NCBI GenBank assembly: GCA_963720465.1
Contig: OY970393.1
Location: forward strand, 192,001-256,000
DNA length: 64,000 nucleotides
Direction of reading: 5' to 3'
Source: Methanobacteriota archaeon
GTDB taxonomy: Archaea; Halobacteriota; Bog-38; Methanoflorentales; Methanoflorentaceae
Positions within the stretch are counted from its first letter, which is position 1, and each line of letters opens with the position of its first letter. The translations under genes were made by a program, and so were the position numbers. The notes below the pieces were generated by a model. It saw only the letters and a program-made list of their open reading frames with translations, was not told the origin of the DNA and searched no databases. Shown one piece after another: positions 39,281-49,678 of the stretch.

Positions 39281-39895
39281 TCAGTGACTCAGCTTGGTCA
39301 AACGGTTTGCTGAGGGGGTATAACGCTTAGCTACTATGTATGTTTCGGCGCTTTGCTTTCGTGATGCTCGCGGGTTGAACGCTTTGACAAACTTAAAATA
39401 CGCGCTCACGTCGCGTATGAACGTGTCAAAGAGGTCCCCTTGGAAAACTTTTACCACGAAGTTGCCGCCTGGTTTCAGAACGTTTTTGGTGATCTCTAGT
39501 GCGCAGGCTGAAAGGTTGATTGATCGTGCGTGATCTAGGCTCCATGCGCCACTTAGATTTGGGGCAGCATCCGATATGACGACATCCACAGCATCGACGA
39601 TCTCGTGTATTTTATTCGCAATTTCTGGGGAAGTTAGGTCGCCTCGAATAGGCGTCACCCCCTCCAGCGGAACGATCTGCTGCAGATCAACGGCTATGGC
39701 AGACGCTCCCAAATGGCGGATCACTTGGAGCCATCCGCCAGGGGCGGCGCCCAAATCGACGACCACGTCTCCTGGTCGCATAATGTGGTACCGTTCTTGA
39801 ATTTCCAGCAGTTTGAAAGAAGCTCGCGATCGATATCCTTCCGATTTCGCCCGCCGGTAGTAATAGTCCTTTCGCCGTTTCTCGAGGCTTTTCAT
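39281..39895 (-). CDS. rlmE: 23S rRNA (uridine-2'-O)-methyltransferase RlmE/FtsJ
   Basis: DYYYRRAK.EGYRSRA.FKL, DLGAAPGGW, ISDAAPN.SG, KVFQG, ASR..SAE.Y; start ATG 39895. Confidence 0.95.
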   Translation of the reverse strand: MKSLEKRRKDYYYRRAKSEGYRSRASFKLLEIQERYHIMRPGDVVVDLGAAPGGWLQVIRHLGASAIAVDLQQIVPLEGVTPIRGDLTSPEIANKIHEIVDAVDVVISDAAPNLSGAWSLDHARSINLSACALEITKNVLKPGGNFVVKVFQGDLFDTFIRDVSAYFKFVKAFNPRASRKQSAETYIVAKRYTPSANRLTKLSH

Positions 39896-40035
39896 TCTAG
39901 ATAATAGGGAGCGCACAGAATAAAAAGCATTATGGGCAGCCAGACGGCTTTTATATATTACTCTACTAATAGACAACTGCATAAACAAGAAAGATGAAGA
40001 ACTTAAGAAACGTCGCGGCCAGCACAGACCGATCC

Positions 40036-40539
40036 ATGTGGATAGAGCTTGACGGGTGGCAGGCAAAGCTCCGATTTTCAGCGTGCCATTTTATACCGGA
40101 TCACCCGAAATGCGGGCGCTTGCACGGGCATACATATGCTATGAGTGCGAAGATCGTCGGCGCGCAGATTCACGATTTTGTAATGGACTTTGAGGACCTC
40201 AAAAGACAAGTTGCAGAGATCTGTGAAGCTCTCGATCATAAAATTCTGCTCGCATCTCGAGACGCGGATGTCCAGATACGGAACACGGGCGCTGGAGATA
40301 TCGCGGTCACGGTCGGAAAGTGTGGGAAGCGTTACTGCTTCCCGAGAGAGGACGTGTTTATGCTCCCCATCAATTCTGCGAGCGCTGAAGATCTTTGTTC
40401 CTTCCTCCTCGATGAGCTTTGTAACAAGCTTGACCTCAGCGCTATAACAGAAGTCAGCGTCCGTTTAGATGAGGGTTTGGGGCAAGGCGCAGGCAGCGTC
40501 CGGTACTTTCGCTCTCAAGACAAGCAACTCAGGGCCTAG
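40036..40539 (+). CDS. queD: 6-carboxytetrahydropterin synthase (QueD/PTPS family)
   Basis: FSACHF, CGRLHGHTY, MDF..LK, LDHK, SAE; start ATG 40036. Confidence 0.88.
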   Translation: MWIELDGWQAKLRFSACHFIPDHPKCGRLHGHTYAMSAKIVGAQIHDFVMDFEDLKRQVAEICEALDHKILLASRDADVQIRNTGAGDIAVTVGKCGKRYCFPREDVFMLPINSASAEDLCSFLLDELCNKLDLSAITEVSVRLDEGLGQGAGSVRYFRSQDKQLRA

Positions 40540-40667
40540 TTGAACGCCGCATTCCATTTTTTTTTCCTGCCGAGGGCAGATCGTTTTGCGAGCCAATTCT
40601 GAACAGCAAAGATATAAAGTTATGATCAGACATATACGGAGTTTAGACGGTTACAAGGGAGTGGAGC

Positions 40668-41414
40668 ATGTTTAAAGCTGATATTCTCGGAGAGACTTTG
40701 AAGGAAGGCATCGAAGCGTTGACTATCATTGTTGATGAAGCGCGGGTACATTTAAGCAAAGATGGCCTGTACGCGAGAAATGCAGACCCATCGTACGTGG
40801 CTATGGTGCAGTTTGAATTGTCGGTTAAAGCTTTTGAAAACTATGAAACTGACGATGAGGTTGTCACACTTGATCTCAAGAAAATGCAGGACATTCTTGA
40901 GCTGGCTAATCGTACAGATGTCATCCGAATGGCCGTTGACGAGAACCGAATGGCCTTGTCATTTGGAGATCTTAAATACAGTATCGCACTCTTAAGTCCC
41001 TACTCGATAAAGAAGGAGCCCAAAGTGCCAAAGATTGAATCTGCTGCACACATCGTTATCACGGGAAAAGAGTTTAGGTGGGCGGTGAAAGCAGCAGGCA
41101 AAGTTAGTGACAATATCGCCCTTGGGTGCACTGACACTGACTTTTTCATGGAAGCTCTTGGTGACTCTGATACTATGCGTCTCGAGCTGTCAAAAGATCA
41201 GCTTATCGACGTATCGCGCACCGATGGCAAAACAGATGAAGTAAGATCACTTTTTAGTCTTGAATTCTTGCTTGAAATGTCCAAAGCAGTCGGAAAGGCT
41301 TCTGAAGTCTCTCTCGACATGGGCAAGAACATACCACTCAAGGTTGCATTTGAGTTTGCCGACGGCAACGGTTCTGTCTCGTATCTCTTGGCGCCGCGTA
41401 TCGAACAAGAATAA
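40668..41414 (+). CDS. pcn: DNA sliding clamp PCNA
   Basis: MFKA, DPS.VAMV, SLFSLEFL, YLLAPRIE. Confidence 0.95.
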   Translation: MFKADILGETLKEGIEALTIIVDEARVHLSKDGLYARNADPSYVAMVQFELSVKAFENYETDDEVVTLDLKKMQDILELANRTDVIRMAVDENRMALSFGDLKYSIALLSPYSIKKEPKVPKIESAAHIVITGKEFRWAVKAAGKVSDNIALGCTDTDFFMEALGDSDTMRLELSKDQLIDVSRTDGKTDEVRSLFSLEFLLEMSKAVGKASEVSLDMGKNIPLKVAFEFADGNGSVSYLLAPRIEQE

Positions 41415-41451
41415 AACTCAAACGCCGTCGCACTGGGCCGACGCGAGAAGC

Positions 41452-42454
41452 ATGGACGAATATTTAGCTCTTTTTCCATATACGGCTGCAGCAGCACGTT
41501 ACGTAGAAGCATCCGCAAGGACCTTTGACTCTCTCATGACCGCTGGGGAGTTCTCTGAGAGCGTCCTCAACAAAAGCGTTCACCGAGTCGCACGAGCGAT
41601 CGATAGCGACGTCCATTCAAAGCCAGTCGAGCGTGACGATTGTGAAATTGAGCTCTTCTCTTACGTCATGGGGAGGGTATTAGTCTCGTGCATTCGTGAA
41701 GCGGTTCTGGTTCAGAAATATGCAAACACGGAAGCCCACGGCGCATTTAGCAAGTTGCGCAACGCCAGCGAACGACTTCAGGACGAGTACATTGCAAGGC
41801 TGCTGGAGGACTTTGAGATACCCGTATCGGAAGACAACAATATTTTCGAGTTGCATTTCGCGGACTTGATCAAGTATACGGGTAGATTAAGAGGGCCACA
41901 GTGGCGCCTCGTTAACCTATTGAACAGAGGCCACGTAACTCTTGCAAAAAATGAGATGATCCAGGTTTTGGCCGAGGCCGTGAGGCTCAAGGTGCTACGC
42001 GGGCTGCCACTAAAACTGAGCAGCAAAATGTGCGAAGAACTTGCGCCTTACACCTCACCCTTGAAAAAAGCGGTCTCTGTAGCCTCATCGCGCCCTGCTG
42101 ATTCTGGTCCTGTGATTTTGGAAGCGTGCCCTCCGTGCATGAAAGCGCTGCTTTCGCAAGTAAAAGCTGGACAGAACCTCTCACATCCCGGTCGATTCGC
42201 GTTGACCTCCTTTTTAGCGAACATAGGTATGAAAGCCGAGGAGATCGTGCGTATCTATGAAACATCTCCAGATTTCGACTACGAACTTACGCGTTATCAG
42301 GTCGATCACATAAAGGGAGCGTCGGGGAAAGACTACGTCCCTCCCGGATGTTCAACGATGGAGACCTACGGCAATTGTACCTGAGACCACAGGCCTGTGT
42401 AAACGTATCTCTCATCCGCTCTCGTATTACCGAGCGCGACTTAAGCATCAGTAA
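41452..42454 (+). CDS. priL: DNA primase large subunit PriL, interrupted by a +1 frameshift at 42379-42385
   Basis: ALFPY, WRLVN...G.V, PPC, NLSH.GRFALTSFL..IG, PDFD...TRYQV.HI.G, Y.PP.C.TM.TYGNC, then TGA at 42382-42384; conserved LCKRISHPLSYY continues in the +1 frame to TAA 42454. Confidence 0.9.
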
Positions 42455-42563
42455 GACAGCCGATGACCCTAGAACCAAGAAGAGCAATGAACTGTGGCCG
42501 TTTATGAGTTACTGAAAAAGAGGTGGCCGTACCTGGCAACGCCTCGCGGTCAGGTGCAAGCGC

Positions 42564-43715
42564 GTGAATCCGGAAACGAAAGCATTCCTCCAGAGAAAAT
42601 TTGGCGATTACTATCGTAAGGCTTCAGTTGGGCTCCCACCGCAGTTCAAGAAACGAGAATGGGCATTTGTTCTTTTTGACTCAAGTTATCCGAAGCTTGT
42701 AATGCGACGCCACAAAGCTTTTAGCTCGAATAAAGAAGTGCGCACATATTTGGGCGCAGTCGCACCGGCTCATGTGTACCATTCAACCGCGTGCTATGCG
42801 TATCCCAGCGCAACACGCATGCAAGACAAGAAGTGGGAAGGCGCAGACATAATCTTCGATCTCGATGCGGATAAGCTCTTGACGAAGTCTGTGCCTTCGT
42901 ATGCGGGCATGCTTCAAGAGGTAAAAGAGGAAACCACTAAACTGCTGGATTTCCTGATGAATGATTTCGGCTTGGACGAGAAGGACTTCAGTATCGTGTT
43001 TTCGGGTGGTCGTGGTTACCACGTCCATTTACGGGAAAATAAACTAGCTGCCCTAGGCAGTCACGAACGGCGAGAGGTTGTGAACTATTTGACAGGAACG
43101 GGCCTTGAGGCAGAGTATCTACTGAAACGCTCAAGCAAAACTGCAATGCCCGGGGACACCAGCTGTTGGGAGATTAGAATAAGGGCGTGGATTGACGAGT
43201 ATTTCAAGCGGATACGCGGACTTGATGCAAAAATTGCGATAAATGAGCTTGCACCCGTCAAGGCTATCGGCAAGCGGCGCGCCAAAGAAATTGTCGACGC
43301 GCTGTCGCAAGACGCATCGATCCAACCTTTGGTAGAGTCAAAGCTAATTTCGCTAAACGCATGGAAAAGCTTAATCAGAGAAGCTATCTCGCATTTAAAG
43401 GTCCGCATCGATGTGCCGGTTACCGCGGACATAAAGAGACTGATTCGGCTGCCCACGTCGTTGCACGGCGGCTCTGGCCTTCAGGTCACGCCTTTGACTC
43501 TCGATGGCTTCCGTCGCTTTTCACCGCTCAATGACGCTGTCGTCTTCGGTGACAATTCGGTTTCGGTCAGGATTCTCACGCCGGCTACGACTGAAATTAT
43601 GGGTGAAACTATTAAGGTTGATCAAAGTACAACAGAGCTACCAGAACACACGGCCGTTTATCTCATGGCGCGAGGACTTGCCGAATATGAATCTCGACGA
43701 CTTGAAAGTGATTAG
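42564..43715 (+). CDS. priS: DNA primase small (catalytic) subunit PriS
   Basis: REWAF, M.RH..F, FDLDAD, FSGGRGYH, ID.PVT.DIKRLIRLP.SLHG. Confidence 0.95.
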   Translation: MNPETKAFLQRKFGDYYRKASVGLPPQFKKREWAFVLFDSSYPKLVMRRHKAFSSNKEVRTYLGAVAPAHVYHSTACYAYPSATRMQDKKWEGADIIFDLDADKLLTKSVPSYAGMLQEVKEETTKLLDFLMNDFGLDEKDFSIVFSGGRGYHVHLRENKLAALGSHERREVVNYLTGTGLEAEYLLKRSSKTAMPGDTSCWEIRIRAWIDEYFKRIRGLDAKIAINELAPVKAIGKRRAKEIVDALSQDASIQPLVESKLISLNAWKSLIREAISHLKVRIDVPVTADIKRLIRLPTSLHGGSGLQVTPLTLDGFRRFSPLNDAVVFGDNSVSVRILTPATTEIMGETIKVDQSTTELPEHTAVYLMARGLAEYESRRLESD

Positions 43716-44445
43716 AAACGAGGAACGCCGCTCGCGACGATTGACGCAATTAAAGAATAGCTTCTATTCAGAGTTCAAAGAATACATGGATTCACTCAAG
43801 ACAAGCGATGATCCGCAAAGAAAAGATGAACTTGAGAATGCTCTGCAAGTCGCAGACGCAATTTATGATAAACGCGCCGCGAAAATAATCAAGTTGGCGG
43901 CGCTTGCGGCAAAAGGGCACACGGAAGACGTATCGCTAGCTGACGCCGAAGCTGAAGTCTACGATTCGGTTTACAAGGTATTCACGTATTACCGGGACCG
44001 CGTACTCGGACAAATGGAATTAGACGTCGCCGCTCCGGCAAGCGAGCCAGTGCTATCAAATGAAAACCGTCGGACCACTGTTGCACTGCCGAAACAGGAA
44101 TCTGATCGCGTTGAGCTTGACGCTACGAGCTTCGAACAGCCTCTGAAGAAAGGACCGGCACTTCAGTCCTTAATTGAGTCCAATGAAGAAGATGAGGACA
44201 GTGCAGACGAAAGCGAGGGGCTGCTCAGCGACGAAAGCACTTTAATACGAGAACGCGGGAATATGAGATACCTCCGAGTGCGAGTGTTGGCTGACATTCC
44301 CACATTCATAGGACTGGACGGCGAAAACTACAAGCTCGGAGAAGGCGACTCGGTTATGTTGCCTGAAGGGAATGCTCGGGCATTGTGCGATCGCCGTATG
44401 GGTATCATAGTCGGTGATAAACTTGAAGATGCCAAAGAAGATTAG
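43687..44445 (+). CDS. GINS complex subunit (Gins15/Gins51-like)
   Basis: MNLDDL..IR.EER, IYDKR..KIIKLA, C-terminal B-domain [23 protein letters not shown]; follows priS. Confidence 0.8.
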   Translation: MNLDDLKVIRNEERRSRRLTQLKNSFYSEFKEYMDSLKTSDDPQRKDELENALQVADAIYDKRAAKIIKLAALAAKGHTEDVSLADAEAEVYDSVYKVFTYYRDRVLGQMELDVAAPASEPVLSNENRRTTVALPKQESDRVELDATSFEQPLKKGPALQSLIESNEEDEDSADESEGLLSDESTLIRERGNMRYLRVRVLADIPTFIGLDGENYKLGEGDSVMLPEGNARALCDRRMGIIVGDKLEDAKED

Positions 44446-44704
44446 GTCAATATGCCCGGTGTGTCGAAAGCACACAACTCACGAAGTTGAGAAGGTGCGA
44501 AAAGGGCGCGCATCATCTTTAACGTGGATCTCGCGTCAAAAAAAGCGGCGCAGCGGCATTGGTAATCTCGGCAAGTTTTCCAAGGTTCCGGGCGGAGACA
44601 AACCAACCAAGCGCATCAACGTTCGCTACCGCTGTACCGAATGTAACAAAGCGCACACAAGGAAAGGATTCAGAGTATCGAAGTTCGAGTTAGTGGAGGT
44701 GTGA
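44423..44704 (+). CDS. rpl44e: 50S ribosomal protein L44e
   Basis: MKMPKK...[19 protein letters not shown]...KPTK, RCTEC.KAH; TTG start after GGTGA. Confidence 0.95.
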   Translation: MKMPKKIRSICPVCRKHTTHEVEKVRKGRASSLTWISRQKKRRSGIGNLGKFSKVPGGDKPTKRINVRYRCTECNKAHTRKGFRVSKFELVEV

Positions 44705-44869
44705 GTGGTGAGTAAATTCCTGCGCGTAAGATGTGCGGATTGTGAGAATATCCAGATTATCTTCGGCAATGCGTCTTCGGTAGTAAACTGCATAGTCTGT
44801 GGGAGAACTCTTGTTGAGCCGCGCGGCGGGAGGGCAGAGATAAGGACACAAATACTTGAGGTCTTATGA
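44705..44869 (+). CDS. rps27e: 30S ribosomal protein S27e (not in ORF track)
   Basis: [52 protein letters not shown]. Confidence 0.95.
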   Translation: MVSKFLRVRCADCENIQIIFGNASSVVNCIVCGRTLVEPRGGRAEIRTQILEVL

Positions 44870-45639
44870 AAAAAGGCTGGCCAGAGATCGGAGACTTGGT
44901 CGTTTGTACAGTGGTTAACGTAGTCGACTTTGGAGCATTTGTTCAACTCGACGAGTACGACAAGAAGGAGGGGCTAATTCACATCTCCGAAGTTGCGTCT
45001 GGGTGGGTAAAGTACATAAGAGATCACGTACGGGAAGGTCAAAAGATCGTGTGCAAGGTCCTGAACGTCGATCCGAGTCGTAGCCACATAGATCTCTCGT
45101 TTAAGGACGTTAATGAGCATCAGAGACGCTCCAAAATTCAGGAATGGAAGAGCGAACAAAAAGCCGAAAAGTGGCTAGAATTTGTAGCCGAAGCTACTGG
45201 GGCGGACAAAGATGCGCTCTATGATCAACTCGCTGACAAATTCGACGGTCTTTACTATGTCTTCGAGGATGCAGCCATGCGGGGCCCAGAAGCTCTCAAA
45301 GGACTTCAGCCCGAGGTTGCCGCTCAAATTGCACTCGTTGCTAAGGAGAACGTAAAAATACCTTACGTGTACATCACAGGCTACGTAGATTTGACTTGTC
45401 CGCAACCGAACGGGATAGACGTTATCAAACGTGCGCTGAAAGCCGCCATGAAGTCTGAAGATGATGATGTTAGCTTTGACGTGAGCTACATCGGGGCGCC
45501 TCGCTACCGTATAAGGATAGTCGCCCTCGATTATAAAATCGCCGAAAACGCGATGAAAAGGGCGGCTAACGCAGCTATGGACGTGGTAATAAAGGCCGGC
45601 GGCACGGGAAAGTTTCATAGAGAACTTCAATCATCATAA
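44866..45639 (+). CDS. eif2a: Translation initiation factor aIF2 alpha subunit
   Basis: WPE.GDLVV.TV, S1 domain [27 protein letters not shown]. Confidence 0.96.
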   Translation: MKKGWPEIGDLVVCTVVNVVDFGAFVQLDEYDKKEGLIHISEVASGWVKYIRDHVREGQKIVCKVLNVDPSRSHIDLSFKDVNEHQRRSKIQEWKSEQKAEKWLEFVAEATGADKDALYDQLADKFDGLYYVFEDAAMRGPEALKGLQPEVAAQIALVAKENVKIPYVYITGYVDLTCPQPNGIDVIKRALKAAMKSEDDDVSFDVSYIGAPRYRIRIVALDYKIAENAMKRAANAAMDVVIKAGGTGKFHRELQSS

Positions 45640-45660
45640 TATAGCGTAACTGTCTCATTA

Positions 45661-45828
45661 ATGCTGAAGATGAAGCTTCGAAAATGTCACGGCTACACCT
45701 TAGAGGAAAAATGCCGGACGTGCGGACAACCGACGGTGGCGGCACGCCCAGCGCGATTCTCACCGGAGGATCGATACGGCAAGTATCGGAGAATGCTCAA
45801 GCGCGAGGCAGCTGCACAATCAAAGTGA
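45661..45828 (+). CDS. nop10: Ribosome biogenesis protein Nop10 (not in ORF track)
   Basis: MLKMKLRKCHGYTLEEKCRTCGQPT...RPARFSPEDRYGKYRRMLK; canonical position after aIF2-alpha. Confidence 0.92.
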   Translation: MLKMKLRKCHGYTLEEKCRTCGQPTVAARPARFSPEDRYGKYRRMLKREAAAQSK

Positions 45829-45870
45829 GCTTAAAGCTAAGTTGAAGATTTTTTAACAAGTGGGATCTAG

Positions 45871-46632
45871 ATGGAGCGAATAGAAGTCAAGCGAATCACA
45901 GACGTGAAATTGAAAAAGCCGATTCTGGTAGAGGGATTGCCAGGGATTGGACACGTGGGAAAGCTCGTGGCTGAGCACATGATTGACGAACTTGGCGCGA
46001 AAAAAATCGTCGAAGTGTACTCCTCGCATTTTCCCCCCCAGGTGATCGTGCTTGCTGATGGCTCAGTCAGAATGGTTAGAAGCGAATTATATGCGGTCAA
46101 CAGCGGCAAGCAGGATCTGCTGATCCTCGTCGGTGATCATCAAAGCGCGACAAACGAGGGGCATTACGAGCTGACTAGCGCGTACCTGGAACTAGCCAAA
46201 GAAAACGGCGTGCAAAGGATTTACACACTTGGCGGCTACGGGCTCGGACAGCTTGTAGAGAAGCCTGCGGTCTTGGGGGCTGTGAACAACTTAGCGCTGA
46301 TTGAAGAAATGAAACGATACGGCGTGGTTTTCAAAGAGAATGAGCCAGGAGGGGGCATCGTAGGCGCTTCTGGATTGTTGCTGGGTCTTGGCGGCCTTAT
46401 GGGCATTGACGGGATCTGTTTGATGGGCGAAACATCTGGTTACTTGGTCGATCCAAAGAGCGCCCAGGCAGTCCTGACAGTCCTATGTAAGGCGTTAAAC
46501 ATTGACATTAACATGCAAGCGCTGGAAGACCGAGCAAAAGACATGGAAAAAATTGTTGCTCGACTCAGGGAAATGGAGCAAACGGGGATGCACGAAGTGG
46601 CGAGCGAAGAGGATCTCCGTTACATACGTTAA
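45871..46632 (+). CDS. Proteasome assembly chaperone PAC2 family protein
   Basis: EGLPGIGHVGKL, FPPQV, GDHQ, TLGGY, GIVGASGLL, CLMGET.GY.VDP. Confidence 0.9.
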   Translation: MERIEVKRITDVKLKKPILVEGLPGIGHVGKLVAEHMIDELGAKKIVEVYSSHFPPQVIVLADGSVRMVRSELYAVNSGKQDLLILVGDHQSATNEGHYELTSAYLELAKENGVQRIYTLGGYGLGQLVEKPAVLGAVNNLALIEEMKRYGVVFKENEPGGGIVGASGLLLGLGGLMGIDGICLMGETSGYLVDPKSAQAVLTVLCKALNIDINMQALEDRAKDMEKIVARLREMEQTGMHEVASEEDLRYIR

Positions 46633-46716
46633 GCATTCGCCTGTCGAGCCTCGAAACGTTCTGCGCTTCTCGGTACGCACTCTTTGCTCGCCAACGCAGC
46701 TAGAAGGAGGTTAACC

Positions 46717-46884
46717 GTGATTCAAGTCAATATTGAGAAATGCGGACACTGTGGCGCCTGTGTGTCAGTTTGCCCGACTAATTCGATAACGCTCATCGAG
46801 TCATGCCTCGAAATCGCAGAAAGTTGTACGGCGTGCGAGACGTGTATCACAATATGCCCCGTCGGCGCGCTCTTCGTTTCCTGA
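46717..46884 (+). CDS. 2[4Fe-4S] ferredoxin (probable electron donor to GGR)
   Basis: CGHCGACVSVCP and CTACETCITICPVGAL; GTG after AGGAGGT. Confidence 0.9.
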   Translation: MIQVNIEKCGHCGACVSVCPTNSITLIESCLEIAESCTACETCITICPVGALFVS

Positions 46885-46894
46885 ACCGGGAGGC

Positions 46895-48073
46895 GTGAGT
46901 GTGAAAAGCGAATACGATATCATAGTAGTGGGGGCGGGGCCTGCCGGAGCTTTCGCTGCGGCGACAGCCGCACCCGAATGTGACGTTCTTTTGGTTGAAA
47001 AGCGCCAAGAAATCGGCGATCCCGTTCGGTGCGCTGAAGGCATATCAAAAGTGGGGCTCTCGAAGTTTTTACGACCGCAGAAAAGGTGGATCGCGAACAA
47101 AGTGGCCAGCGCCCGCATATTTGCGCCTGATGGAACGAGATTGGACGTTTCAGAAGAACTCGCGGGTCCAGAGGTAGGCTACGTGCTCGAGCGTAAGATT
47201 TTTGATCGAGACCTTGCGAAGCGGGCAGCTCGAGCAGGAGCTGATGTGGTAGTCAGGACGCGCGCGACAGGGGTCATTACAGAAAATGGGTTCATACGTG
47301 GCATCGAGGCTCGGCATTTAGGCGAATCTCTTGAAATCCGTGCAGCTGTTGTCATCGCGGCCGATGGCATCGAGTCACAAGTCGGCCGGTGGGCTGGCAT
47401 TAACACCACTCTTCGACCCAAAGACCTCGAAAGCTGCGCCCAATACCTTATGGCCAACGTCGATTTGCTGGACGACTGCTGCGATTTTTATCTCGGTTCG
47501 GCGGCTCCCGGGGGCTACGCCTGGGCATTCCCGAAGGGACCACAAGCAGCAAATATCGGGCTTGGTGTCCTCGCGAGCAAACTGAACGGCAAGCATCCAA
47601 TCGACTATCTAGACGCGTTTGTGAAAAAGCATTACCCCAGCGGCCAGCCAGTTGAATTGAACGTTGGAGGCGTCCCAGTCAGCAATGCCGTCCGTAAAAC
47701 AGCAGGAGACGGCATTATGCTAGTCGGTGATGCTGCCCATCACACTGATCCTATAACTGGCGGCGGCATAATTAACGCTTTAGAGGGTGGCAAACTGGCA
47801 GGCGAAGTTGCCAAGGAAGCTATCCGAGCGAAAGACCCGTCTGCTAAGGTTTTGAAGCGATATGAAGCGGCTTGGCGCGCGTCTTTCGGGAAAAAGCTCG
47901 AACGAAATTACAAAATAAAGGACATCTTTGTCAATCTGCCCGATGAGGAGTTGAACAAGCTCGTCCGATCACTCGAAGGGCTGCCGCTCGAGGAGATGAG
48001 CGTTGCAGGAATAGTAAGGCGTATTATCTCCCGCAATCCGCGGCTGCTAGCTGGAGTGCGTCATTTGTTTTGA
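46895..48073 (+). CDS. Digeranylgeranylglycerophospholipid reductase (GGR)
   Basis: VVGAGPAG, PVRCAEG, PGGYAWAFPKG, LVGDAA, P.TGGGI. Confidence 0.92.
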   Translation: MSVKSEYDIIVVGAGPAGAFAAATAAPECDVLLVEKRQEIGDPVRCAEGISKVGLSKFLRPQKRWIANKVASARIFAPDGTRLDVSEELAGPEVGYVLERKIFDRDLAKRAARAGADVVVRTRATGVITENGFIRGIEARHLGESLEIRAAVVIAADGIESQVGRWAGINTTLRPKDLESCAQYLMANVDLLDDCCDFYLGSAAPGGYAWAFPKGPQAANIGLGVLASKLNGKHPIDYLDAFVKKHYPSGQPVELNVGGVPVSNAVRKTAGDGIMLVGDAAHHTDPITGGGIINALEGGKLAGEVAKEAIRAKDPSAKVLKRYEAAWRASFGKKLERNYKIKDIFVNLPDEELNKLVRSLEGLPLEEMSVAGIVRRIISRNPRLLAGVRHLF

Positions 48074-48086
48074 GGCAAATTAAGCC

Positions 48087-48737
48087 ATGAAGCTTGCTGG
48101 TGTGGATGAAGCAGGCAAAGGAGCGGTTCTGGGATCTCTTTTCGTTGCAGGAGTTTGTATTGACTCTTCGGGACTGAAGTACTTGGAGAGGATGGGGCTT
48201 AAAGACTCAAAAGTGCTGAGCGCAAAGCGGCGCGAATTTCTATCGAAGCGGATCGAAAAGGTATGCGCTGTGCAATTGCAAGAGATTACCGCTCAACAAA
48301 TAGATGAACTAAGAACGGTGCTCACTATCAACGAAATTCTCGTGAGAGGCCATGCTCAAGCCTTGCGATATTTAAAGCCCGATGTAGCATTTGTTGACGC
48401 TGCTGACGTAAATGAGTCGCGATTCTCTGAGCGCGTGAAGGAAGCGAGCGGGATAAACAAGGTAATCGCCGAGCACAATGCAGATACAAATTACGCTATT
48501 GTGTCGGCTGCGTCAATCATCGCCAAAGTAAGCAGAGACACCAGCATAAGAGCCCTCGAACGCTCTCTCGGTGTCACTATTGGCAGTGGTTATCCGTCAG
48601 ACGTAACCACGATTGCTTTTTTGAAAAAGTGGTTGGACACGCGGGGTGACCTGCCACCTGGAACGAGACGTTCTTGGAAAACGGCTCAGAACTTGTTGAG
48701 TTCTACCCCTGAGAAGCACGAAAGCAGCTCTTCCTAA
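48087..48737 (+). CDS. rnhB: Ribonuclease HII
   Basis: [42 protein letters not shown]. Confidence 0.95.
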   Translation: MKLAGVDEAGKGAVLGSLFVAGVCIDSSGLKYLERMGLKDSKVLSAKRREFLSKRIEKVCAVQLQEITAQQIDELRTVLTINEILVRGHAQALRYLKPDVAFVDAADVNESRFSERVKEASGINKVIAEHNADTNYAIVSAASIIAKVSRDTSIRALERSLGVTIGSGYPSDVTTIAFLKKWLDTRGDLPPGTRRSWKTAQNLLSSTPEKHESSSS

Positions 48738-48767
48738 CGTGAACAACTAAAACGTTGTCGCGACGCT

Positions 48768-49568
48768 TTATCTCAGCTTCGTCAAGACTTTTTCAAAAAA
48801 ACTCTTTTCGACAAGAACAAACAGCGATTTCTGATCATCTTTGTCAAAGCGGATCTCATCGTCTTTGTGAACGGTTTCATTATATTGCCCGTCAATGACG
48901 ATAGCAGCGTCCTTCTCCTCTATTTTGATGACTACGGTGCTCTCACCATACACGACCCAAGAACGGACGGAAAGCCGATAGGGCGCAAGAGGGACAATAA
49001 GGAATGCATCTACTCGTGGATCCACGATCGGACCGCCGGCGCTCATTGCGTACGCGGTTGACCCCGTAGGCGTAGCGACGATAACGCCGTCTGCACGCAG
49101 CACATCAAGAACATGATCGTCTACCTTGATGCTGTACTCAAGTATTTTTGCCGGCCGTGAAGTGACGATTACCGCTTCATTGGTAGCGGACGGCAGGCGT
49201 CGGCCATTGACTGACACTGCCAGTCTCGAGTGTGCCGAGACACGGAAGCCGTCGAGCAGGCGTTCAACGACGCTGAGCGCCTTTTCTGGGCTGACTTCCG
49301 CCAGGAAGCCTACTTTTCCGACGTTTATGCCCACCACTGGAATCGGGTGTGGAATGTTTTGCAGAACTCGCAGGATCGTCCCGTCGCCGCCTACGGTCAC
49401 TATTACGTCGACGTCGAAGCGTTCGAGTTCCATTCCTCCTTGCCCAAGTGCGTGAGCGGTTTGATTGTCATAGATTACGTCAGCACGGCCTTTGACATGG
49501 CGGCCGATTTTGGCAGCTAAGTCAGTTGCTTCTCTAACATCACATCTGGAGACGATTCCTATGCGCAT
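48768..49568 (-). CDS. nadK: NAD(+) kinase
   Basis: GGDGTIL, GIN.G..GFL, NE, DG.IVATPTGSTAYAMSAGGP. Confidence 0.95.
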   Translation of the reverse strand: MRIGIVSRCDVREATDLAAKIGRHVKGRADVIYDNQTAHALGQGGMELERFDVDVIVTVGGDGTILRVLQNIPHPIPVVGINVGKVGFLAEVSPEKALSVVERLLDGFRVSAHSRLAVSVNGRRLPSATNEAVIVTSRPAKILEYSIKVDDHVLDVLRADGVIVATPTGSTAYAMSAGGPIVDPRVDAFLIVPLAPYRLSVRSWVVYGESTVVIKIEEKDAAIVIDGQYNETVHKDDEIRFDKDDQKSLFVLVEKSFFEKVLTKLR

Positions 49569-49678
49569 TTCTACTGACCCAAATCTCGTCGTTTTCTTGA
49601 ATAGCGTGCGTTGCTGGGCGCTAAGCCTTTTACGTTAATGCGTATACATTTATATTTAATGCTTGTCTATTACCCCGT

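Noticed and set aside
41260-41451. N-terminal extension of priL overlapping pcn
   Set aside because: Longest-ORF artefact; the family-like sequence begins at ATG 41452. The same applies to the extensions at 43504, 40066, 32598, 31128, 22379 and 1845.
42382-42402. Selenocysteine or readthrough interpretation of the priL TGA
   Set aside because: In-frame readthrough gives only DHRPV then TAA; the conserved residues lie in the +1 frame.
42455-42563. Repeated GTGGCCGT and a possible C/D-like RNA between priL and priS
   Set aside because: Only two 8-mers and no proper C box; chance level.
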